In this document: in pieces, positions 10,782 to 20,786 of the stretch | How the letters are laid out: each line of letters opens with the position of its first letter | How positions within the stretch are numbered: the stretch's first letter is position 1 | NCBI GenBank assembly: GCA_019057385.1 | Contig: JAHQJS010000004.1 | Coordinates: forward strand, 1,137,068-1,201,067 | DNA: 64,000 nucleotides | Origin: Candidatus Borrarchaeum weybense | Lineage (GTDB): Archaea; Asgardarchaeota; Sifarchaeia; Borrarchaeales; Borrarchaeaceae | Reading direction: 5' to 3' | Program-made: the position numbers and the translations under genes | Notes under the pieces: generated by a model | The model's input: only the letters and a program-made list of their open reading frames with translations | What the model was told of the DNA's origin: nothing | Database searches by the model: none

Positions 10782-11072
10782 TTATCCCCGTAAAGCTGTT
10801 AGTAAAATGTCTAAAAAGTCCTCTGGACCGGCTCCCAAGATTTGAATCATTTCGTTTTCAAAGAATTTTGTTATGATCTCTCTTAATTTATTTTCGTCAT
10901 TCTGTGCTCCATTTAACATATTTTCAAGCGTGTGGATTTCTTCTTCTGGATGCATATAGAAATCGCCAGTGAACATAATATTAACGATTTTACTCATGCT
11001 TTCGTCAGTTTCAACGGTTACTCGAAGCAATTTACCACCCGGGACCTTTTTTTCTGCCTTATTTTTCAACAT
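10782..11072 (-). CDS. lplB: Lipoate-protein ligase C-terminal subunit (LplB)
   Basis: KVPGGKLLRV...ITGDFYMHPEE-type motif; directly downstream of lplA. Confidence 0.85.
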   Translation of the reverse strand: MLKNKAEKKVPGGKLLRVTVETDESMSKIVNIMFTGDFYMHPEEEIHTLENMLNGAQNDENKLREIITKFFENEMIQILGAGPEDFLDILLTALRG

Positions 11073-11081
11073 ATGACCTCC

Positions 11082-11873
11082 TTAGCGTTTGAAGACCCAC
11101 TCTTTGGCACCATATTTTTCTGCCTTAAATTTTACTGCTAATTCTTTTTCACTTTCTGTTAGTGTCCCTCTTTCAAGCTGAATTGAAAGTGCCTTTGAAA
11201 AACCTCGTTCTAATGCATCTTTTAATGTCTCAAAATCAACAAGCGTATCTCCAAGTTCTCGTCGAATTGATGTAACTCGTTGTTCAACCTGTTCTATTAA
11301 TTTATCACTTATCTTTTCTTTAGAGACCCGTAAAACAGAGAACATTTTCTTAACGTCTAAATCTCTCAAAATCGTTCCATGTTGAAGCATAACGGTTTCT
11401 TTATTAGGTTTCCGTCTTGTTTGGGCATTGCCTGAAATTTTTTTAGTCCCAGAAATGATATCATTAATGGGTTTAAAGGTAGCGTCAATACCGATATCGT
11501 TAAGTGCATAAATTATACCTTTGCAGATCAAATGATATGATTCTATTATATCCTTTGGAATTTTTGGATCATTATCTCGTACTAAAACGCTATACGTAAT
11601 TTCTCCTTCATAATCGTGATAGACGGCTCCTCCACCTGTAATTCTCCTTACCACATCTACGCCCTTGCTTTGACAGGCTTCAATATCTACTTCTTCATAA
11701 ACACTCTGGAAATATCCTATTGAAACAGTAGAAGGATTCCAACGATAGGTTCGGATGGTGTTCGGAGATTTTCCATCCGAAATATGAGTTAGAATAGCTT
11801 CATCAATTGCCATATTGGTTGCACAATCATTTGTTTCTAATTCGAGTACTCTCCATGTATCCATTTTGTCCAC
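11082..11873 (-). CDS. lplA: Lipoate-protein ligase catalytic subunit (LplA)
   Basis: NMAIDEA, RRITGGGAVYHD, KISGNAQ, QHGT. Confidence 0.93.
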   Translation of the reverse strand: MDKMDTWRVLELETNDCATNMAIDEAILTHISDGKSPNTIRTYRWNPSTVSIGYFQSVYEEVDIEACQSKGVDVVRRITGGGAVYHDYEGEITYSVLVRDNDPKIPKDIIESYHLICKGIIYALNDIGIDATFKPINDIISGTKKISGNAQTRRKPNKETVMLQHGTILRDLDVKKMFSVLRVSKEKISDKLIEQVEQRVTSIRRELGDTLVDFETLKDALERGFSKALSIQLERGTLTESEKELAVKFKAEKYGAKEWVFKR

Positions 11874-12027
11874 CTTTCATACTTTATTCCCTTTTCACTA
11901 GAATGGCTACGTTCATTAGTACAAGATGATTTGAAAAGTCTTTTAGGTCCAATTATTTAAGTGCTTTCCGATAGCTGTAGGCGACTCTTTATTTTGTGTC
12001 AACGGATAATTTAGTGTGGCTGAAGGT

Positions 12028-12507
12028 TCATTCTTCTATTTTTGTGATGTATTCACAATAGGGATCCCCCGCACACAATCCTTTAACTCGTTCAAGGATA
12101 GCCTTTGGGTTTATGGCTTTAACAATAAGATTCATGAAGATTAAGGGCCAATCGCTGATATCTTTAGGCTTAGTTAACCAGGCACACCCAGCAGGGATTT
12201 TAAATTTCATAAGTTTTTTAGACTGCTCAAGCCTAGTGGCGTCCATCCCAGTAAGCTCCCACCAGATGCCCCACCACTTATCTATTGCTTCAATATCGTT
12301 TCCTTCTATTTTGAAGACATCTTTAAGTGTTTTTGTCATATTCTTTACTCTATCCTCCCTTTTCCAGACCCCTTCAATAAATTCAAGTGCTGCCGCTGCA
12401 CCATGTTTTTCGCGATACTCATACATGACTGATTTAAATAATGTTGTCAACATTCCCTGAAGATATTTGTATTTCAGTTCCCAAGGTATCGCCATTTTCT
12501 TGGCCAT
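12028..12507 (-). CDS. Hypothetical V4R/ATC-hydrolase-like small-ligand-binding protein
   Basis: C..W and C-x-GDPYCEY C-terminal motif; strong GGAGG SD; paralog fragment at 57798-57968. Confidence 0.6.
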   Translation of the reverse strand: MAKKMAIPWELKYKYLQGMLTTLFKSVMYEYREKHGAAAALEFIEGVWKREDRVKNMTKTLKDVFKIEGNDIEAIDKWWGIWWELTGMDATRLEQSKKLMKFKIPAGCAWLTKPKDISDWPLIFMNLIVKAINPKAILERVKGLCAGDPYCEYITKIEE

Positions 12508-12627
12508 AGTCTCCTCCTCACCTAAATTGGGTACTTATAGAGCGCCCCTCCTCGACGCGTTCAAGGACAAACTCCAGGAGTACTTCAATAAATGAAAATG
12601 CTACCTGATCCCCTTCCTTCACCTAAT

Positions 12628-13632
12628 TCATTCACCAATCAAATTTAATTCCCTTTTAACAGTTGCAATATGTTCTTTGGTTAACTTATAAGGATAATTG
12701 TAAAAGGGGCCTCTTGGCGACTCATTATAAAAAGGTCTGTTGCAAGAAGGACATCCTGAAGTACGAAAAGGAGCTCCCGAGTCGATTATACTATTGAGTT
12801 CTTCTTTTGTTACTCCATAATCAAGCAAAGTTCCTTCTTTAGAAAAACTCATTTGTTCAAACCTCTTTTTATGAATGACGATTAAATGCCTGATCAACTG
12901 AATTCTCCGATAAACAGTTATTGATGGCTGTGCACGATTTTCAAGGGCAGTTCCTTTAATTGGTGTAAATGAAAAGAGCCCAGGTAGAATTTTCAAGTCG
13001 AAAAGTCTTTGAATAAGTTGTGCAACATCTTTTTCGCTTTCTCCAAGACCAATAATGATATGTGTACTTACCTTTCCATTTCCAAAAATCTCTAAAGCGT
13101 CAGTCAGAAGTTCAAAGGTACGATTCCAAGAATAAGGTCCTCCCACGCCTTTTCCTTTTACTTTATTGAATATTTGTTCAGTTGCTGCGTCTAATGGAAT
13201 TCCAATGCGCTCCACGCCTAGTTCTTTAAGTGTAACCATTTGTTCTGCATTTATTGGTTGGCATGACAGGGATATTGGAATTTTAATGCTTCTTCGAATC
13301 TCTTTAACCAAATTTACAAGCGTCTGATAGAATTCTGGAAAATTTAAGGCTTGAATACATACTCTATGAATTTTTTTTCCTTGAATGGCCTTAGAAAGTC
13401 CTTCTATAACTTCTGTAGTCGAATATATAGGCCAAACTACTCGTGAAAGACGATCTAAGTCTGCAGTGCTTTCTCTTGCTTGGGGGCAGAAAACACAGTT
13501 TGCACTACACCTTGAGGGAACATAAGTCATTAGATATGCTGTAGTTGGCGCAGCATCAAGCCTGGATCGAATAAACCCAAGAACAATTGCTGTACCTAAA
13601 CTTACGCGTAGTTTGTTAGTTGTTTCTGGCAT
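12628..13632 (-). CDS. lipS2: Radical SAM lipoyl synthase LipS2-type
   Basis: CSANCVFC plus TSGCPSCNRP motif; likely start MPETT at 13632. Confidence 0.8.
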   Translation of the reverse strand: MPETTNKLRVSLGTAIVLGFIRSRLDAAPTTAYLMTYVPSRCSANCVFCPQARESTADLDRLSRVVWPIYSTTEVIEGLSKAIQGKKIHRVCIQALNFPEFYQTLVNLVKEIRRSIKIPISLSCQPINAEQMVTLKELGVERIGIPLDAATEQIFNKVKGKGVGGPYSWNRTFELLTDALEIFGNGKVSTHIIIGLGESEKDVAQLIQRLFDLKILPGLFSFTPIKGTALENRAQPSITVYRRIQLIRHLIVIHKKRFEQMSFSKEGTLLDYGVTKEELNSIIDSGAPFRTSGCPSCNRPFYNESPRGPFYNYPYKLTKEHIATVKRELNLIGE

Positions 13633-13793
13633 TTGCGTCTCCCAGTTTCCTTTTTCACAACAAACATTGCACAATACAGGCTAAAATTTTGTTGCCTTTA
13701 AAAAAATATGAGTAAAGTTTTAAATTTTAAATACTCTTATATCAGCATTTACAAACTTAAGTAAAGAATTTCGCTTATGGAGGGATTTGCGAA

Positions 13794-13964
13794 ATGGAAG
13801 AAAAAACGAAAATAGCAGTTTCCGGAGTATTATTACAAATAAAAGATCTTCTTCAATCTCTGACTGAGGAATTGAATAATGCAATGTTAAGGTTAGAGAG
13901 AATAGCTAAAGAAGCCGAAGATATTGCAGGAAAAAAAATTAAAGATCAAGAGTATGTAGTCTGA
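13794..13964 (+). CDS. 56-aa coiled-coil small protein
   Basis: GGAGG SD; MEEKTKIAVSGVLLQIKDLLQSLTEELNNAMLRLERIAKEAEDIAGKKIKDQEYVV with heptad pattern. Confidence 0.6.
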   Translation: MEEKTKIAVSGVLLQIKDLLQSLTEELNNAMLRLERIAKEAEDIAGKKIKDQEYVV

Positions 13965-14294
13965 TTTTCATCACTTTAATTGTCCTTATATCTTTCAGCT
14001 ATTCCCCTCACGTAAGATGTTTTACCTCAAGGGTTCATTTCCATGCACAAGAGTGCTTAATTGTCTTTTTCAAGAGATTTTAAGATTTTTAGAAGGCATA
14101 TGAAGAGCAAATTTGTGAATATATTTCGAACTCATTTAGTTTTATTGAATATATCCTATGCACTCTGTAGCTGTGACGTTGACATGAGGGTATCGCAACT
14201 AGTCGATATAACATCTGGAGTTCGTGTTGTTCTCCCCAAAGCCATATTCAATAAATAATTGATTATCAATACTTTGACTTATACTTATGTTTAT

Positions 14295-14607
14295 GTGAGT
14301 TACCTCGTGTTAAAGCTTTGAGGCTTCCTGCTTCAACGACAGACTCGATCCCCTGGCGGGTTACGGAGGTCTTATCTCCACAGGCTTAAATTCCCTACGC
14401 CCCGTAGGTACTGCTAACGATGGGATACAATCGGAGTCTGCACCTTGTCTGCAAGTGTGCGAGTTATCCCTCCAATTGTTATTGATACCTTCCTCATTCC
14501 ACCTATATAACTTGAGGGAGACCCCTCAATGCACGTGATGAAAGTGAACTCTCACTCACGCAATTCATCACCACGCTGATGCGGTGGTGCTTTCTTGCTT
14601 AGCAATT
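14295..14607 (-). mobile_element. Non-autonomous IS200/IS605 mini-element A carrying a TnpB omega-RNA, no ORF
   Basis: TTTAC flank (14608-14612), LE hairpin, TATA, and a ~118-nt RE region nearly identical to 26938-27056. Confidence 0.85.
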
Positions 14608-14680
14608 GTAAAACTTCAAGAGAATAACGAGTGAAATTTCTACACTCCTGTCTCCATTCTTTAAATAATATTTTTTTAGT

Positions 14681-15847
14681 TCACTTCACATCTAAGAAGA
14701 GAATAAAAAGCACAGCAATAAATGCTGAAAGAGACATAGCCAAAAATGAAGCATAGTAGGCACCGGTGACGTCTTTAAGATATCCTACAATAGGAACAAC
14801 TAGTACCGAAATGGCGGTACAAGTTGAAATGATTCCAAAAGCAAAACTAACACTTTTTTCCTCTGTGAGTTCTTTAGGATAGGCATAAATAGGAGTAGGA
14901 GTCATGGCTGCAAAACAACCTAAAATAACTAAGATCAGAGGAATATACAAAATATCAACAATTGGAAAAATTAAGAGAAAAAAAGCAAAAAAAATATTTC
15001 CGACGATAATAAATACCTTACGACCGTATTTCTGGATAAGCCAACCTATCGTTGGTGCCATAGGAAGTGCACCTGCCATATATAGACTCATTATAACACC
15101 CGCTAAAGCTAAAGAAAAACCTTTTTCGCTAGTTAAGAATGTAGGTCCATAAGTGACAAGAGATACGGTTGTAAAGTTAAAACAAAACCATGCCAAAGCA
15201 ACTAGCCAGATTTTCTTATCATAAAGGACTCCCTTATGAAATTTAATTGAAACGCTGTCTAATTGAAACGCTGTACTTCGTTCTTTTAGCAAAAACAGGT
15301 TCAGAAACAATATAACAGCAATAACAACCATCCCTAATAGAAGCCAATTTCTCCATCCTCCAAAAATTTCACTAATTCTTGCTCCAATTGCAAGAACGAG
15401 GAGAACAGAGACGGGTATTGTTAAAGCGAATATTCCCATAGCTTTACCTTGTTCCTTCTGATTGAACCACATCGGAATGAGTGATGATGCTGTGACAAAC
15501 ACAAGTGTTCCACCTATACCTCCCACAAGTCGTCCGATTAACAAAATCGTAAAACTTGTTGAAAACACGGACATGAGAACCCCTATCAGGAGAAGTCCAA
15601 GTCCAAGTATTGATATTTTCTTAACTCCAAACTTGACTATGATTAAAGCTCCAGGAATAGATATAATGATTGCTGGTGCAGCAAAAAAAGTCATCAGTAA
15701 TCCCGCCTCTGCAAGGGTGATAGAAAATTCAGCAACAATAAGTGGAAGTACTGGAGGGATCGAATTTAACACGAATCCGTATAAGAACATTTGAAGAAAT
15801 GACAAAAATAGAGCTATCCAGCGGTAGGATGATTCGTTAAAATCCAT
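14681..15847 (-). CDS. MFS transporter
   Basis: 12 TM; GRLVGGIG, WF..KEQGKAMG motifs. Confidence 0.9.
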   Translation of the reverse strand: MDFNESSYRWIALFLSFLQMFLYGFVLNSIPPVLPLIVAEFSITLAEAGLLMTFFAAPAIIISIPGALIIVKFGVKKISILGLGLLLIGVLMSVFSTSFTILLIGRLVGGIGGTLVFVTASSLIPMWFNQKEQGKAMGIFALTIPVSVLLVLAIGARISEIFGGWRNWLLLGMVVIAVILFLNLFLLKERSTAFQLDSVSIKFHKGVLYDKKIWLVALAWFCFNFTTVSLVTYGPTFLTSEKGFSLALAGVIMSLYMAGALPMAPTIGWLIQKYGRKVFIIVGNIFFAFFLLIFPIVDILYIPLILVILGCFAAMTPTPIYAYPKELTEEKSVSFAFGIISTCTAISVLVVPIVGYLKDVTGAYYASFLAMSLSAFIAVLFILFLDVK

Positions 15848-15985
15848 AATATATAATCACCAAACTTGTTGTCTTCTACTTTTTCCCATAATTAATTACT
15901 TTACGGGCTTAATATGAGTTAGAGTCACTCCTTTTAAAGTTTCTGGGGCGCGAAATTTGTTTGTCCTTATTAAAAAAGTTTTTAA

Positions 15986-17370
15986 GAGTTGTAGTAGGAA
16001 GTCCCCTTCCGACAAGTGGGGGATGAAAGCCGCTGGTCTTATATAGACTTTTTGATTATTACTATTAGTAAAGAGTTCTACGTGAAGTCTATGAAACTCA
16101 CACAGAAAATCAGGATCTTTCCGACACCAGAACAGGAAACAGTTCTCTGGAAGCTCTCAGAGAAGTGCAGACTCATCTATAACTTTGCCCTTGCCGAAAG
16201 AAGGGACGCCTATAGAACCGGGGCAAAGAGGGTGAACTATCGCACACAGCAAAACAGCCTACCGCTCATCAAAGAACAATTCCCAGAGTATAAGTGGGTG
16301 TATTCTAAGGTCTTACAGTTTGCTCTCAGGTCGTTGGCTGCTGATTACAAGTCGTTTTTTGCCCTTCGAAAAAATGGGTGCGCCGATGCTTGTCCCCCGC
16401 GATTCAAAGGAAAACAGTACTTCACCACGATGATGTATAACCAGTCGGGATTCAAGCTCGAACCTGGAAAAATTACCTTTTCCCATAAATACAATGATGT
16501 ACCTTTGGTGTTTGTCATCCCGGACAAATTTTCTTTTGACGATAAGCAGGTAAAACAGGTCGCCATCTCTTCATACAGAAGTAAATATTTTGTGACTATC
16601 ACTTATGAGTTGGAAGAACCCCGCTATGTGGATAACGGTCTGTACCAAGCCATAGACTTAGGAATTACCCACATCGTTACGGCAGTCAATTCCCAGGGTA
16701 AGTTCTTGGTGGTAGAAAATCAGCGCCCAGACAAATATTGGAATCCGAAAATAGCCAAAGTACAATCACGGAAGGACAAATGCAAGAAATTCAGCAACCG
16801 GTGGAAACTGCTAAACGAGATCAAACACAAATACGAGCGAAAGCGTGATAATCAGACGCGTGATTTCCAACATAAGCTCAGCAAGAAACTGGTGGAAAAC
16901 ACTAAAGCCAACACCATTATTATTGGCGAACTGGAAGTTAAACACATGGCACATTCGAATAAGGTGCCAAAACACATTAGACATGGGTTAAACCGCGCCA
17001 CGCAGAACAGCGGGGCGCTGGGACGGTTCGTGCATTTTCTAACCTACAAATCGAGGCGAGTAGGTAAAAGGACAATAGAAATTGACGAACGAAACTCGAC
17101 TAAAGCATGCTGGGTGTGCGGAAAACTGCATTCAATGCCAATTTGGAAACGAATTATGAGTTGTGACTGTGGTAACGTGATAGAAAGGGATAAAAATAGT
17201 GCGATCATCCTGATGAAACGTTACCTATCACAAAATGCCAAGTGGACGGGCTATCGGGTGTTTCTCGATAATCTGCGACACACAGCCAAATGTAAAACGA
17301 AAGTTTCTCCCGCAGTAGGGAGTTAGGAGGACTCGCAGGAAGCCCCATCCGTCAGGATGAGGTAGTTCAC
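15986..17370 (+). mobile_element. IS200/IS605-family tnpB-only element 2 (left boundary approximate)
   Basis: LE hairpin tccccttccgacaagtggggga; RE catccgtcaggatgaggtagttcac. Confidence 0.85.
16091..17326 (+). CDS. tnpB: TnpB RNA-guided nuclease
   Basis: HTH N-terminus, AIDLG, CWVC..CDC, ERDKNSA; canonical RuvC-II Glu position reads IIGEL, with a candidate alternative Glu in IDERNST. Confidence 0.9.
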   Translation: MKLTQKIRIFPTPEQETVLWKLSEKCRLIYNFALAERRDAYRTGAKRVNYRTQQNSLPLIKEQFPEYKWVYSKVLQFALRSLAADYKSFFALRKNGCADACPPRFKGKQYFTTMMYNQSGFKLEPGKITFSHKYNDVPLVFVIPDKFSFDDKQVKQVAISSYRSKYFVTITYELEEPRYVDNGLYQAIDLGITHIVTAVNSQGKFLVVENQRPDKYWNPKIAKVQSRKDKCKKFSNRWKLLNEIKHKYERKRDNQTRDFQHKLSKKLVENTKANTIIIGELEVKHMAHSNKVPKHIRHGLNRATQNSGALGRFVHFLTYKSRRVGKRTIEIDERNSTKACWVCGKLHSMPIWKRIMSCDCGNVIERDKNSAIILMKRYLSQNAKWTGYRVFLDNLRHTAKCKTKVSPAVGS

Positions 17371-17550
17371 GAGTTGTTTTTCGTTGTTCTATTGAAATAT
17401 TTATTTCAGGATAGCAGGTTGATGTATGTGGGTTCACCTATTACTCACTGAAAGATACGCTGTCTTTTTGTAGCGATTTCTCAAGAGTATATGTGCCAGT
17501 AACTAACTGGACTCACACACTGCTATCGTCGTGGAGGAATGTTCCCAGTA

Positions 17551-17696
17551 ATGACCTCTTTGACGCAAACTTATCCACTCAAACTTCCACAAGATGATAC
17601 CTTACGCCATCAGCTAGATATTTTACGGAATCTGATTCTACACGCCTTTCAGCTGTCATAGCGGGGACATCACCCACCTACTTAAACTAGTGGGTG
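17551..17696 (+). mobile_element. Probable decayed IS remnant: 36-codon TnpB-like N-terminus plus hairpin
   Basis: GGAGG, MTSLTQTYPLKLP... (17551-17661), hairpin cacccaccta..tagtgggtg (17671-17696). Confidence 0.35.
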
Positions 17697-17766
17697 GATA
17701 GATATGTTTTAATAGTTGTCAATATTTGTTAATACATGTCTATGATGAAAGGATCGGTGAAAATTT

Positions 17767-18531
17767 ATGGACTGCTCTAATGGAATTTTTCTTCGATATG
17801 TCAATGGAGAACAAAAACTTCAACTTGACAAACCTATTCTTTTGATGGGCTTACCTGGAATGGGAATGGTAGGAAAGATGACGATAGCCTATCTTATCGA
17901 AGAGCTTCTTGCAGAGGAAGTAGTTCGAATTTATAGTTCATTTTTTCCAAGTATCTGTTTCCTCGATAAAGGAGGTTTAGGAAGACTTACTCGTTGCGAG
18001 ATTTATGCAGTAAATGACACAAAACCTAATTTTCTTCTATTTACAGGAGACTGCCAACCACTTTCATGCGGCATGGTACAGGTGATATCAACTGTTTTAG
18101 ATGTCGCTCAAGAAACTAATGTTGATACAGTCATCGCAATTGGTGGTTTACGCACCCAAAATGGACCAGATGTCGCTGCTTTTGTCTTTTCAGAAGATGA
18201 TGCTACATTTCTTGAAAAGTATGATGTAGAGATGTTGTCTTCAGGTCAAGTTACAGGCGCTGTTGGTGTTATGACTGCTCTTGCAGCTGAGAGGGATATT
18301 AAGTCATTTGGAATGTTAGGAAGGCTCTATTCTGAGGCCCCAGTAGACCCGATTGCAGCTCAAAATGTGTTAAAAAAACTAATAAACCTTTATAAGCTTG
18401 ACCTCGATCTTGATAAGTTTTCTGATATGATTGAAGAAGCACGAGAAAAAGAGGTTATACGAGAAAAACTTGTTGAGTCCATTAGAGAGAAAACTGATGA
18501 AGAAGAACGATCATCTTGCTATTTTATCTAA
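17767..18531 (+). CDS. PAC2 family proteasome assembly chaperone-like protein
   Basis: GLPGMGMVG, GDCQP, IGG, DPIAA motifs. Confidence 0.88.
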   Translation: MDCSNGIFLRYVNGEQKLQLDKPILLMGLPGMGMVGKMTIAYLIEELLAEEVVRIYSSFFPSICFLDKGGLGRLTRCEIYAVNDTKPNFLLFTGDCQPLSCGMVQVISTVLDVAQETNVDTVIAIGGLRTQNGPDVAAFVFSEDDATFLEKYDVEMLSSGQVTGAVGVMTALAAERDIKSFGMLGRLYSEAPVDPIAAQNVLKKLINLYKLDLDLDKFSDMIEEAREKEVIREKLVESIREKTDEEERSSCYFI

Positions 18532-18560
18532 AATTAGATGTTCATTCTTTCAAAACCAGA

Positions 18561-19259
18561 TTACTTCTCAATTTCTTTATTTTGTTTTTCATTGATCAGA
18601 TCTATATATAATGAATTAAAAACGGCATACAACTTCTCTGCCAATTTTTTCCCAATCCCCTTTACTTCCATGAAAGCCTCTGGTTTTGCGGTCACTAAAT
18701 TTTCAAATGTCTTGAATTTGATCAGTAATTTTCTTGCAAGTTCATCATTGATACTAGGGATGCCTTTTAGAATGTAATTTTGTAACTCAGAGATCTCTGT
18801 TGGTGCTTTTGTCATGCGAGTTGCAACACGAGTAACTCTATCGTTTTTTTCGCGTCGAATGATCGTTAAAAGAAGTTTAACAGTATCCTTCGTATTTCGA
18901 GAGAAAATTACAGGCATGTCGAGGTGTATAAACAGTGTAGCCAATGTCTCTAGAAGGATATTCCGCTCCAAATCTTTGCTGTCATCATCCTCTAAGATAA
19001 ATATAGGCCTTATAAATTGGTTTTTTAGCAATTCTGCATTTTTAAAGATATTACGCGTTTTAATTGATTCGTGAAACTCTTGAAATGTTTTAATGAAGCC
19101 CCCAATATCTTCCGAAACTATGAATTGAACTGGTTCTAAAGACTTTACTTCTAGAATAATGCCTCGTTTATTTAATTCATTGATAATGTCTTTTCTAACT
19201 GAAGAATCAATCATAATTTCAAAATCTTTTTCGTTTTTGGATTTAGATTCTGTATTCAA
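18561..19259 (-). CDS. ERCC4-domain + (HhH)2 protein, catalytically degenerate XPF paralog (ERCC1-like)
   Basis: Colinear with short archaeal XPF, but GDY..ERKxxxD reads VQF..FIKxxxE; HhH motifs IPSIN and VKGIG. Confidence 0.8.
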   Translation of the reverse strand: MNTESKSKNEKDFEIMIDSSVRKDIINELNKRGIILEVKSLEPVQFIVSEDIGGFIKTFQEFHESIKTRNIFKNAELLKNQFIRPIFILEDDDSKDLERNILLETLATLFIHLDMPVIFSRNTKDTVKLLLTIIRREKNDRVTRVATRMTKAPTEISELQNYILKGIPSINDELARKLLIKFKTFENLVTAKPEAFMEVKGIGKKLAEKLYAVFNSLYIDLINEKQNKEIEK

Positions 19260-19563
19260 CTTATATTACTCCATCGCGAATAGATAGACAAAGGCAAACA
19301 AAATCGAAAATGTTCTTATGCATAGAATAATCTTTCTTTTAAAAATATCATAATTTCTGCTACATCATCATATAATTTAACTAAATTACTGAAAATGTAT
19401 TCATCAGAATTATTACTTAATTTTGTCGGAATGAAAATCTAAAATCCTTTTATGAAAATGACTTAGCAGAAAATCCTTGACTATTAACAAGTTCAATCTG
19501 CGGAGGTTTTTTTCATAAGTTTAAATTACTGAAAAAGTAATAAAACTCTTAAAAAGGCATTTA

Positions 19564-20217
19564 GTGAAACCAGCAATGAAAAATACCAAAGTATACCAGA
19601 ACGAAGCTGAATTCAGTGTCAAAGCTAAGAGATATGTTTATGCTGCAAAATGTTTTAATTACTTAGCAAAACTCTTTTTAGAAAATAATAACGTTGATAT
19701 GGCTGCACAATATTTTGTTAAGGGCGCAGAACTATGGTTATCTTTGGAAAATTTCTTTGAAGCAGGTCAAATGTATCGTCAAGCCGCTAAATTATCAAAT
19801 CATCATTCACATCTTGTAAATAATGCACTCTCCTGTTTTTATGAAGCATTAACCACTTTTACTAACAATGCTAATTATTTTAAAGCAGGTCTTTGTGCAA
19901 AATATATAGCGTCCTGTTTTAATTCACTTGATCAAAAGGAGAAGCAATTTGAACATTTAAAACTGGCGGCTGAGTTATTTGTAAGTTCTGGAATGGAATA
20001 TTTAAAATTAAAACAATATGACAAAGCAATTAATTCTTTTGAGTATGCAGTAAGATGTTATGACTATTTAGGATTAGATTTACAATCAGAACAAATTAAA
20101 AGTAAGATTCATAAGTATAAAAACAATTTGCATTTATCTAAAGGGAAAAAAAATGATAAAATGCAATTTAATGCATCAAATAACACTCTTATGTCAATTA
20201 AAAAAAAATTTCTCTGA
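19564..20217 (+). CDS. Alpha-SNAP-like TPR protein
   Basis: Repeated AA..Y/F..AA helical hairpins (AAQYFVKGAE, AGQMYRQAA, AINSFEYA). Confidence 0.65.
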   Translation: MKPAMKNTKVYQNEAEFSVKAKRYVYAAKCFNYLAKLFLENNNVDMAAQYFVKGAELWLSLENFFEAGQMYRQAAKLSNHHSHLVNNALSCFYEALTTFTNNANYFKAGLCAKYIASCFNSLDQKEKQFEHLKLAAELFVSSGMEYLKLKQYDKAINSFEYAVRCYDYLGLDLQSEQIKSKIHKYKNNLHLSKGKKNDKMQFNASNNTLMSIKKKFL

Positions 20218-20244
20218 AAAATCATAAATTTTGAGAAATCATGT

Positions 20245-20661
20245 TTGGTGAGGTCTATGGTCAAAACAGTAACATTTGCACAAGTTATTGATCTAGATAC
20301 TCAAGTAAATATTCCTTCTGAATTTATGCAATTAATTGGCCCTCAAACTCAGAAAAATGCAGTAATCATCTATTCCCCGACAAATGACCTACTTAGAATT
20401 TTTTTCACTGACATTTCAGATATCTACAAAGTTGAGGCAAAAATAGATAGCCTTAGTCATGAATTCTTAAGCAGCTTAGGTAGTTTTTTAGGGGCACATG
20501 AAATCACTCCTCTTTATACAACTGGTTTTTGCGAGAAAGAATGCCTTTATGAGGGGTACTTTGAAATAGACCCCCTCAAGATGCCGTTAGAAGAGTTTAA
20601 AAAATATTTCTCAAATATACCGGGTATATCTGAAGTAAAAATGGTTCATTTCAAAATATAA
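20245..20661 (+). CDS. Hypothetical protein (possible AbrB-like N-terminus + ACT-like C-terminus)
   Basis: QVNIP N-terminal motif; IPGISEV C-terminal motif. Confidence 0.5.
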   Translation: MVRSMVKTVTFAQVIDLDTQVNIPSEFMQLIGPQTQKNAVIIYSPTNDLLRIFFTDISDIYKVEAKIDSLSHEFLSSLGSFLGAHEITPLYTTGFCEKECLYEGYFEIDPLKMPLEEFKKYFSNIPGISEVKMVHFKI

Positions 20662-20786
20662 TCGTTCAATTTAGCATATGCGTTAATTAACGATCTTTAT
20701 CAATTCTGAAAATGGATTAAACTCATAGAAATGTATTGAAATAGTTAATTTAGAACGTTCATGAATGAAAAAATGGTTGATTATCG

